Positions 26,972 through 34,424 of a stretch of DNA of 64,000 nucleotides are shown piece by piece. Both the position numbers and the translations under genes were made by a program. The notes below the pieces were generated by a model. The model had not been told where the DNA came from. It saw nothing but the letters and a program-made list of their open reading frames with translations, and did not search any database. This stretch comes from Coriobacteriia bacterium (lineage in GTDB: Bacteria > Actinomycetota > Coriobacteriia > Coriobacteriales > UMGS124), in assembly GCA_018368455.1 (NCBI GenBank), contig JAGZEG010000001.1, positions 199,276 to 263,275 on the forward strand, in the 5' to 3' direction. The first letter of the stretch is position 1, and each line of letters begins with the position of its first letter.

Positions 26972-27015
26972 AAAACTAAAGGGCCTGACCCCGGTTGGCT
27001 TCCGGGTTCAGGCCC
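26972..27015 (-). terminator. Terminator of the rubrerythrin gene (possibly bidirectional)
   Basis: GGGCCTGAACCCGG-aagccaa-CCGGGGTCAGGCCC (one mismatch), followed on the minus strand by UUUAGUUUUGG. Lies between convergent genes. Confidence 0.65.
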
Positions 27016-27113
27016 TCAAGGAGACCGCTTGGGACGCCCTCATTTCAACGCTCAAGTTTTGGGCGCAGTTCAAGACAGTAACGGGGCGGCATGCCCTGGT
27101 AAGTGCCTGTAGC

Positions 27114-27830
27114 TTAGTAGGCCTGGAAGGCGCTCTTCGGGGCGCCGCAGATGGGGCAGGTCTCGAAGTCGTCGCCCTTATGGATGTAGCCGCAGATGGG
27201 GCACAGGTAGAACTTGTCCTCATCGGGGTTGTCGATGTAGTTGTAGGCCTGGAGGTACAGGGCGGCGTGATAACCCTCGGCGAGCTTGGCGCGCGTGAAC
27301 ACGTTCACGGCGTCGTCCTTGCCCTCCTCGACAGCCTTCGCGATGAACGCGGGATACATGTCGGAGGTCTCGTAGATCTCGCCGTTGGCGCCGGAGATCA
27401 GGTTAAGGTCCGTCGGGGCCTCGGCGGGGGCGTCAGCCGTCGGACGCTCGAAGTCGGGCTCCTCGGCCGTGATCAGGCCATACTCGAGCTCGATGTGGAT
27501 CTTCTCGGCGTCAGAGGTGCAGGTGAACAGGCGGGCGATCTGGCTGTAGCCGGCCTCCTCGGCAACCTTGGCGAAAGCGGCGTACTTCGTCGTCGCGCCC
27601 GTCTCGCCGGTGATGGCCGTCTTGAGGTTCTCGAGCGTCGTGCCGACCTTCGTCGTGGACTCGGCGACGACGTTGAAGTTGGTGGCGGTGTCATACGTGG
27701 GCAGAGCGGCCGGGGCGGACGCGGCCTTGGCGTCCTTGCCCTCACTGGCGAAGGCTGCGGCGGGCACGGCCAGGCCGGCGGCGGCAGCAACTGCGGCCTT
27801 CACAAAGCTCCTGCGATTGAGCTGATCCAT
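27114..27830 (-). CDS. Rubrerythrin with twin-arginine signal peptide
   Basis: MDQLNRRSFVKAAVAAAAGLAVPAAAFA (Tat signal). Diiron ligand motifs: E...AEKIH and E...AEGYH. C-terminal rubredoxin-like CPICGYIHKGDDFETCPICG. Confidence 0.9.
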   Translation of the reverse strand: MDQLNRRSFVKAAVAAAAGLAVPAAAFASEGKDAKAASAPAALPTYDTATNFNVVAESTTKVGTTLENLKTAITGETGATTKYAAFAKVAEEAGYSQIARLFTCTSDAEKIHIELEYGLITAEEPDFERPTADAPAEAPTDLNLISGANGEIYETSDMYPAFIAKAVEEGKDDAVNVFTRAKLAEGYHAALYLQAYNYIDNPDEDKFYLCPICGYIHKGDDFETCPICGAPKSAFQAY

Positions 27831-27919
27831 GCTTGTTCCCTTTCGTCTCCTCGGGGCCGCCCCTGCGGTCCCGCTCCCCGCATGCGCTGGACTATCCCTT
27901 GCTCTCGCATGCTAGGCGT

Positions 27920-27948
27920 AAGATAGCACTATTAGGAATCAATCTCAA
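27920..27948 (-). promoter_or_regulatory. Candidate promoter of the rubrerythrin gene
   Basis: Minus strand TTGAGA (27943-27948), 17 nt spacer, then TGcTATCTT (-10 at 27920-25). ATTAGG is repeated twice, 11 nt apart, over the -35 region. Confidence 0.45.
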
Positions 27949-28272
27949 TTAGGTAGCGTAGGTAAACTATTCTCGTCACGTCGCGAGCACAAACCTGGGA
28001 AGCCTTTATGGATGAAGTCATCTACAGGATGCATTTCGCTGACTTAGCGCCATTGAACAGGCAAAACATCTCGCTGCTATCTACAAATCCTTAGTCTTAA
28101 GTCTACCGTTCAATGTATATCTCTATTGTTTGAGTTGAGTGTTAGACATTGGCCAAAACTGCGTAGCGCTGGACCCTAAGTGCCCTTTGAGCCCCCTTTG
28201 AGGGGTGGATATGCGGGATAATTGCGCAGAGTTATTGGCGGATTCTGTGGGTCTTCCCAGCAGGTTGTGACG

Positions 28273-28281
28273 TGCTACAAT
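28273..28281 (+). promoter_or_regulatory. Candidate extended -10 promoter of rpsT (TGcTACAAT)
   Basis: cgTGcTACAATgc, about 66 nt upstream of the rpsT GTG. Confidence 0.45.
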
Positions 28282-28346
28282 GCTAAGGCTTATGTGCGCG
28301 GGCATTGGCCTGCGATGTTTTGAGAGATACGAAGGGAACAACTTCA

Positions 28347-28613
28347 GTGGCGAACATCAAGTCTCAGATGAAGCGCATCAAGACGAACGAGAAGGCTCGT
28401 ATGCGCAACAAGGCCGTCCGTTCTGAGCTCAAGACGGCTGTCAAGAAGGTCGAGGCTGCCGTGCAGGCTGGCGACGTCGCTGCCGCCGACGCTGCCGTCC
28501 AGCATGCCTACAAGCTTCTCGACAAGGCTGTGGCCAAGGGCGTTATCCACAAGAACCAGGCTGCCAATCGCAAGTCGGGTGTGCGCAAGCTCGCCAACAA
28601 GGTTGCCGCGTAA
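28347..28613 (+). CDS. rpsT: 30S ribosomal protein S20
   Basis: (V)[38 protein letters not shown]...[23 protein letters not shown] is canonical S20. GTG 28347 after GAAGGGAA. Confidence 0.93.
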   Translation: MANIKSQMKRIKTNEKARMRNKAVRSELKTAVKKVEAAVQAGDVAAADAAVQHAYKLLDKAVAKGVIHKNQAANRKSGVRKLANKVAA

Positions 28614-28641
28614 GGCTTCCCTTTCTTTTGTATGTGCGCAG

Positions 28642-28680
28642 CGGGCGTTCGATCTTCGGATCGGGCGCCCGTTTTCTTTT
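28642..28680 (+). terminator. Intrinsic terminator of rpsT
   Basis: CGGGCGUUCGAUC-UUCG-GAUCGGGCGCCCG (13 bp stem including 2 G:U pairs, UUCG loop), followed by UUUUCUUUU. Confidence 0.85.
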
Positions 28681-28720
28681 GCACGTGTGAGCGACGGCGA
28701 GACGGCTGAGAGGCGTAGCA

Positions 28721-29689
28721 ATGGGGCTGACGGGCAACTATCATCTGGTAACGCGCCACTACGACGTGGCTCTCCCCCAGCTTGACACCGCATATGACGG
28801 TTATCGCATACTCCAGGTTTCTGACGTCCACAACGCGCTGCAGGAGATTGTCGGCGGTCTCAATGCGCTTCTCGACGCTGCGCGCCTCGCCCGTCCTCAC
28901 GTCATCGCGATTACGGGGGATCTCCTTGATCGTCACTCCCCCGACGTCACGTCTGCCTGCGCGCTCATTCGTGGACTCTCCGCTATTGCTCCGGTGTACT
29001 ACGTCACGGGCAATCACGAGCGCACGCCGCTGGGAAGCGACGGACTGCCCCTGCCTTATCGACGCGTGACGCCGGAGCGGGCCGCGTCTCTCTATGTGCC
29101 CACGGCACAAGGTGGGGAGGGTCGCGTAGATGAGGGGGTCTTACCGCGCTTTGATGACCTCTTCACGCGCAACCGGGACGCTTTTGAGACGGCGGGTATC
29201 CACGTGCTTGAGGGGAAGACGGTTGAGCTCTCGCCTCGGGAGGGTGCTGCACCGGCAGGTCTCGTGCTGTGCGGCGTGCGCGATCCGTGGCCCCTCACGG
29301 TGACGAACCCCGGCGCCTGGGAGTCGCTTCTTGGTGACGTTGCCCAGCGTGCGCGGGATCTTTCCGGTTCACGTGGGGCAACCGTGCTGTTGACGCATCG
29401 CCCCGAGCGCGTCGAAGACTATGAGCGGGCGGGCGTTAACGTCGCGCTCGCTGGCCATGCACACGGCGGCCAGGTGCGCGTGCCAGGCATCGGCGCTCTC
29501 ATCGCGCCAAACCAGGGCTTGTTCCCACGTTATAGTCGCGGCCTCTATCGCGTGGGCGCGACGCAGCTCGTCGTGAGCTCTGGCGTGGGTACGACGGGCT
29601 ATCGTCTGCGCGTGCTCTGTCCGCCCGAGCTCGTTGTCGTGCGGCTGCGCTGCGGAGCGGGAGTGCAGAACGACAGCACCCAGCGCTGA
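28721..29689 (+). CDS. Metallophosphoesterase (calcineurin-like, YkuE/YaeI type)
   Basis: Motifs ILQVSDVHN, ITGDLLD, VTGNHE, LLTHRP and LAGHAHGGQV. Confidence 0.85.
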   Translation: MGLTGNYHLVTRHYDVALPQLDTAYDGYRILQVSDVHNALQEIVGGLNALLDAARLARPHVIAITGDLLDRHSPDVTSACALIRGLSAIAPVYYVTGNHERTPLGSDGLPLPYRRVTPERAASLYVPTAQGGEGRVDEGVLPRFDDLFTRNRDAFETAGIHVLEGKTVELSPREGAAPAGLVLCGVRDPWPLTVTNPGAWESLLGDVAQRARDLSGSRGATVLLTHRPERVEDYERAGVNVALAGHAHGGQVRVPGIGALIAPNQGLFPRYSRGLYRVGATQLVVSSGVGTTGYRLRVLCPPELVVVRLRCGAGVQNDSTQR

Positions 29690-30702
29690 ATGGCACGCGT
29701 CTTGTCCGGCGTTGATTTGAGGGCCTCGTCGCAGGCCGCAGCACCGCGCAACGCAGCCAAGAGCTCGGCCATCGTGTAGTTGCGCGCCCATGTGGCGTGG
29801 TTTTTCACCTGCCAGGACTGCATGCCGAGCGCCTGAGCGAGCATACCGGGCGTTCCACGCTCTGCAAGCGCCTTTGCCGCGATGAGCTCGCGCAAGCGAC
29901 TGACGGCAAGTGTGAACAGTCCGATGGGGCTCTGAGAGGGCATCTCGTCGAGCATGCGCATCGCAAGGGTGGGGTCGCGCTGGCACACGGCGTCGAGAAA
30001 GTCCCACGGCTTCACTTCTGCGATGCGCGTGACGTTGGCCTCGACATCGGCGGCCGTGATGTTCGTCCGGTCGCCGATCGTGGACGCGAGCTTGCGCACC
30101 TCAGTGTCGAGCATGGTCGTCGACTCGCCGACGAGGCGGACAAGCAACTCGGCGGCCTCTGGATCCATCTGCTTGCCATGCGTGCGCGCCATACCCACGA
30201 CCTGCGGAGGAAGCTCCCAGCGCTTCTTGGGCGCGCAGTCCATGACCGCCTTCTCGTCGAGCTTGGCGACGGCTTTGTACAGCCGTGTGCTCTTGGGCAT
30301 CTTGGCACACGTCATGGCGAGGACGGTCGTGGGGTTGGGAGACGCCAGGTAGTCGGCTAGCATGTCACGCGTTGCCTTGGGCGCCTTGTCGACGCCCTTG
30401 ATGATGACGAGACGGAAGTCGCTCGCGAACGGCAGCGTATCGAGCGAAGAGCGCAGCAGGGCGGCGTCGCTGAGCGATGCGCCATCGAGCACGTCTTGGT
30501 TGAACTCCGCCTCTCCGCTCGCAGCAAGGCGCTTCTCAAGACGCTCGAGAGCGGTGCGCTGCTTGAGCTCGTCCTCCCCCACCATGAGGTAGGCGGGCAG
30601 CAAGGCCGCACCTTTCGCTTTGAACGTCGCTGACGCCACGTGACCCTCCATCCGGTTGCCGCTCGTCGCGTCTTTCGCCTGGCGCGCGTCGGGCTCCAGC
30701 AT
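29599..30702 (-). CDS. holA: DNA polymerase III subunit delta
   Basis: LLPAYLMVGEDELKQRTALERLEKRL... N-terminal pattern, ...FRLVIIKGVDK..., and position downstream of comEC. Start ATG 30702 or 30651. The 3' end overlaps the convergent phosphoesterase gene by 91 nt. Confidence 0.85.
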   Translation of the reverse strand: MLEPDARQAKDATSGNRMEGHVASATFKAKGAALLPAYLMVGEDELKQRTALERLEKRLAASGEAEFNQDVLDGASLSDAALLRSSLDTLPFASDFRLVIIKGVDKAPKATRDMLADYLASPNPTTVLAMTCAKMPKSTRLYKAVAKLDEKAVMDCAPKKRWELPPQVVGMARTHGKQMDPEAAELLVRLVGESTTMLDTEVRKLASTIGDRTNITAADVEANVTRIAEVKPWDFLDAVCQRDPTLAMRMLDEMPSQSPIGLFTLAVSRLRELIAAKALAERGTPGMLAQALGMQSWQVKNHATWARNYTMAELLAALRGAAACDEALKSTPDKTRAIQRWVLSFCTPAPQRSRTTTSSGGQSTRRR

Positions 30703-33236
30703 AGCGTACGTCTCGCCATCGTGGCTGTGCGCGTGGACGATGCCCGAAGAAGCACAGCTTGCAGGGCGTCCCTATGCTGGCAGCGCACGGCAACGCCGCC
30801 TGTGCCGGGACGAAGCTCGATATCACCCGCCTCGATCGTGCAAAGCAGGGGTATGTCGGCGTCCGAAAGCACGTCCTTGCATGCCTGTGTCGGGTGTCCG
30901 TAGCGGTTGTGCTCGCCAGCGCTGACGACGGCGAGCTCGGGTAGGCATCCAGCCAGCAACTCTGGCGAAGTGGAGACTGCGGAGCCGTGATGGCCGACTT
31001 TGAGCACGTCTACGTCACCGAACAACCCCTTGCGCGCGAGGGGACCCGTCAGGTCCTGTTCAGCATCGCCCGTGAGCAGGACGTTTAGCGAGCGACCCTC
31101 AGAAAGAGGGCCCGCGGGGCTGTAACGGGCGACTGCGACAATGGAGTCGGGGTTCTCGTCGCCAGAAACGGCGTCCTGTGGCGAGGCGATGTCGAGCATA
31201 AAGTCCCCGAAGCGCAGGGTATCGCCCGCTTGCACCTCCTGCACCCGCCCTCCCGAAGCATCGTTTATTGCGTGCTGAAGCGTGGGGTCAGACGCGCGGA
31301 TATGGTCGCCGACGCCCCGGGCGACGATGACCCGTCCAACGCCGACGAGGCCGCGCAGGTTGGCAAGGCCGCCGGTGTGGTCGGTGTCGGTGTGCGTGAG
31401 CAGGACCGCGTCGAGATGGAGGACGTGCTTGCGAGCCAGGGCTGAGAGCACGGCGTCGTCAGGGCCCGTATCGACGAGCATCGACGCGGCCCCCTGCTGC
31501 ACGAGGATGGCGTCTCCCTGCCCAACGTCAAGCACGACAATTCGTGCGGGTGCCAGCAGACGCCAGCTCATGAACGTCAGGAAGACGGCCGCAAGGGGGA
31601 CGGCCAGCACAAGTCGCGCCGTGCGGGGGCTGGGCAGCGGCCATGCGGCGTAGACGGCCAGAACGAGGAAGATGGTGACGAGTGCGCAGGGCACGGGGGA
31701 AATGTCGCACGGCAGCGCGGCATACGGTACACGGGCAAGCAGGCCGGCGAGTCCACACGCGATGTTGGCGAGAGCGTCGCAGGGGGCAAGTGCAATTGGG
31801 GCCACGGAAGGCGCTATCGAGGCCAGGGGAACGCAGACGAGCCCTACAGGGAGCAGGGCGGTCATGACGGGCGCGAGTAACACGTTTGCCAGGGGCGACA
31901 GCACAGGGAGCACGCCGAACGCGGGCAAGGTCACGGGCATCGTGAGCACCTGGGAGACGAGCGTGAGTGCGAGGGAGTCACGTAGCCCTCCTGGCATGCA
32001 TATTGGATGCGTGAGAGATGTGATCCAATGGGCAACGAGGCCAGATAGCGTGCTAATGCCGAGGATCGACAGGACCGAGAGCGTAAAGCCCATACCTGCG
32101 GCGTTTGACGGGTCAAAGAGCAGCATAAGCAGGGCGGCGGCACCCAGCGCGGAGGGAACGTGGGCGCGCCTGCCGGATACCGTGGCGACTTGCGCTGCCA
32201 GCACCATGGCGAACGAACGCAAGGCGCTTGGCTGCAGCCCGCTGAGGATGACGTAGGCTCCGAGAACGATGATCTGCGTCGTCAGACGCACCCCGGGGCG
32301 CAGCCTCAGGCCACCTAGGCCGATGCTCATAATGCCGGCTATGACGGCAAGGTGCGAGCCTGAGACCGCTACGAGGTGCGTGAGGCCCAGGTTCGCGAAG
32401 TCTTTGCTTACGGGGTATGTGGAAAGCGACGCCTGCTCGCCGAGGACGACGCCGGCGACAAGGGCGCGCCCGGGGTCGTCGCGCGACTCGATGGCGTCCA
32501 GAAGATATGCCCGCATACGCCGGATTGCACCGACAACTCCCCGTTGGCTGCCCTCGATACTGCAGCGCTTTGCCTTGATGCCGGCGGCGCAGCCCCGGGC
32601 AAGCAACGTCCTGCCCCACTCGCTCGCATCTGGCTTTTCCCAACTTCCGACGAGGCGTACGCGGCGGCCCATGCGCAGCGGCTCCCGTGTGGCTGCATCA
32701 GCCGGAAGCGTCACGCGGACGTGCGTGCCGGGCACGGCCTCGTTGTCAAGGTTGTCTGGGATGGCGGACGCTTCGAACGAGATCTCGCCCCTTGATCCCA
32801 CCTTCGGGTCCGTCTCAACGATGAACGCATACGCTGAAACGGGCTCTGACCTCAGATGATCCCCTGCCGTCAGCGTTTCCTCAATGAACATGCCGCCCGC
32901 TATTCCGCCGCCAAGCAGGCCTGTGAGAGCGAGAATGACGAACGGACGCGCGGGCGCAAGGCGGCACGAGGTGGCAAGGCCTGTCGCCAGTATGGCCATG
33001 CACAGGAGCGCGAGGAGCAGGTAAGGCTCAACTCCGAGCCAGCGCTCCCCGAACGCCGCCGCAGTCCCCGCAGACACGCTCGCACGTGCGGCTCCCCAGG
33101 CGCACGCTAGAGACAGGAGCAGAGGCGAGAGGATGGGCCGGTGCGGTGCGTCGCTGGCTCGCGCGCCAAGGGAGGCCCGACGTCTCAGTTTCGCGTGGAG
33201 TCGTTTGGCGATCTGGGCGTGGCGCGAGGGCGTCAT
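30357..33236 (-). CDS. comEC: DNA internalisation competence protein ComEC/Rec2 (with metallo-beta-lactamase domain); 3' tail overlaps holA
   Basis: Multi-TM competence domain followed by an MBL domain (VVLDVGQGDAILV..., LLTHTDTDHTGG, VGHHGS). The recognisable protein ends near 30770, but the first in-frame stop is at 30357. Confidence 0.85.
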   Translation of the reverse strand: MTPSRHAQIAKRLHAKLRRRASLGARASDAPHRPILSPLLLSLACAWGAARASVSAGTAAAFGERWLGVEPYLLLALLCMAILATGLATSCRLAPARPFVILALTGLLGGGIAGGMFIEETLTAGDHLRSEPVSAYAFIVETDPKVGSRGEISFEASAIPDNLDNEAVPGTHVRVTLPADAATREPLRMGRRVRLVGSWEKPDASEWGRTLLARGCAAGIKAKRCSIEGSQRGVVGAIRRMRAYLLDAIESRDDPGRALVAGVVLGEQASLSTYPVSKDFANLGLTHLVAVSGSHLAVIAGIMSIGLGGLRLRPGVRLTTQIIVLGAYVILSGLQPSALRSFAMVLAAQVATVSGRRAHVPSALGAAALLMLLFDPSNAAGMGFTLSVLSILGISTLSGLVAHWITSLTHPICMPGGLRDSLALTLVSQVLTMPVTLPAFGVLPVLSPLANVLLAPVMTALLPVGLVCVPLASIAPSVAPIALAPCDALANIACGLAGLLARVPYAALPCDISPVPCALVTIFLVLAVYAAWPLPSPRTARLVLAVPLAAVFLTFMSWRLLAPARIVVLDVGQGDAILVQQGAASMLVDTGPDDAVLSALARKHVLHLDAVLLTHTDTDHTGGLANLRGLVGVGRVIVARGVGDHIRASDPTLQHAINDASGGRVQEVQAGDTLRFGDFMLDIASPQDAVSGDENPDSIVAVARYSPAGPLSEGRSLNVLLTGDAEQDLTGPLARKGLFGDVDVLKVGHHGSAVSTSPELLAGCLPELAVVSAGEHNRYGHPTQACKDVLSDADIPLLCTIEAGDIELRPGTGGVAVRCQHRDALQAVLLRASSTRTATMARRTLCWSPTRARRKTRRAATGWRVTWRQRRSKRKVRPCCPPTSWWGRTSSSSAPLSSVLRSALLRAERRSSTKTCSMAHRSATPPCCALRSIRCRSRATSVSSSSRASTRRPRQRVTC

Positions 33237-34198
33237 ACGCAGATCAACCCCTGGAGCTTGGCAAACTTCTTGTTGCCGATGCCGCTGACCCTCAAGAGGT
33301 CTTCCGGCGCGGAAAACGGCCCGCCTGACGCGCGTTCGTCAACGATGGCCTGTGCGGTGGAGGGCCCGATGCCGGGCAGGGTCTCAAGCTGAGAGATGTC
33401 TGCCGTGTTGATGTTGACGAGCGTTGGCGTGGCTGAGCTCGTGCTTGCCGGTGTCTCCTGCTCCCCACCGCTGACCTCTGCCTGCTCGCCCACAAAGGGG
33501 ACGCGGATCTTCATGCCATCTCTGATATGCTCGGCAAGGTTGAGCTCGTCAAGGTCTGCGTCTGCGGCCGGGCCTCCCGCCGCGTCGACCGCGTCCTTAA
33601 CGCGCGCCGAGTCGGGCAGCTCGTACACACCCGGGTGCTCGACGGCTCCTGCAACGTGTACGGCGATACGGCTCTCGGCTGGCTCTCCCCCGCCTTCGAC
33701 GAGCACGGGGACGCCCGTATCGGCTCTGCCGTTGGACGCGTCGCGTGGATCGGCTGCCTGTTCCGGCACGGCTTCCTGGGCGGGGCTGCCTGCCTGGACA
33801 AAGTTATCGACCATATCACCCGTATCCGAGACAGGCCGTGTGCCGTCGAGTGATAGATCATCGTGTCGCGGAATCGTGACGCCGCTCGTGCACAGCTGCG
33901 CGCGCAAGACGAGACCTGCCGCGATCGCAAGCGCAACGAGCACGATGAGGGCAACGAGGACGGGCCTTGGCACCTCCGAGAGGCGTAAGCTTTCGGCCAG
34001 CCCCGCTCTTTCGGTATGGATGTCTGCGTTGCTGTAAAACGGCGCGTCAATGGAAGGCCCGTGCCCCGGAGCTGCATAGACGCAAGGCGCGTCGTCTCTG
34101 ACATTGCGAGATCGACGGCCCCGCGCGGCGGTGCTCCTTGCAACTCCGTCTTGCTGCGAGCCTTGGCGCTGCCTGAACTCGTCTCGAGAAATCTGCAT
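33233..34198 (-). CDS. comEA: Competence protein ComEA (TM anchor + SLBB + helix-hairpin-helix DNA-binding domain)
   Basis: C-terminal LVNINTADISQLETLPGIGPSTAQAIVDERASGGPFSAPEDLLRVSGIGNKKFAKL. Stop overlaps the comEC ATG (ATGA). Start uncertain: TTG 34261, ATG 34204, or ATG 34198, the last 8 nt after GGGAGG. Confidence 0.85.
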   Translation of the reverse strand: MQISRDEFRQRQGSQQDGVARSTAARGRRSRNVRDDAPCVYAAPGHGPSIDAPFYSNADIHTERAGLAESLRLSEVPRPVLVALIVLVALAIAAGLVLRAQLCTSGVTIPRHDDLSLDGTRPVSDTGDMVDNFVQAGSPAQEAVPEQAADPRDASNGRADTGVPVLVEGGGEPAESRIAVHVAGAVEHPGVYELPDSARVKDAVDAAGGPAADADLDELNLAEHIRDGMKIRVPFVGEQAEVSGGEQETPASTSSATPTLVNINTADISQLETLPGIGPSTAQAIVDERASGGPFSAPEDLLRVSGIGNKKFAKLQGLICV

Positions 34199-34356
34199 CT
34201 CCATCGCCTCCCGATGTTCCAGGGTAGGAGGCAAGGGCTCTCGGGCATCGTCTGCCAGCAAACTGTTCGATCACGTCTGACGCAGATCTGACAACGTGCT
34301 CTCTGACCTGCGGCGTAAGGCACTGTAAGACGCTCATCAGATCGGGCCACCCACAG

Positions 34357-34396
34357 AAAAGCCGCCCAGACGGATCTCGACTTCCGTCAGGGCGGC
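34357..34396 (-). terminator. Intrinsic terminator of thiI
   Basis: GCCGCCCUGACGG...CCGUCUGGGCGGC (one mismatch) followed by UUUUCUGUGG on the minus strand. Confidence 0.7.
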
Positions 34397-34424
34397 CTCG
34401 TAGGCAGAACAGAAGATGTCGTGG

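Noticed and set aside
28123-28341. A 72 aa minus-strand ORF and a 12-codon plus-strand ORF (ATGGATGAAGTC... at about 28008) in the AT-rich island.
   Set aside because: They have no RBS and no recognisable sequence. The 72 aa ORF overlaps the rpsT promoter and leader, so there is insufficient support to call either a gene.
30357-30768. The ComEC C-terminal 136 aa as an additional functional domain.
   Set aside because: Its composition (Arg/Ser/Thr/Cys-rich, no secondary-structure-like pattern) and its exact coincidence with the holA coding region in another frame indicate out-of-frame read-through. It is kept as a finding about the overlap, not as a domain.
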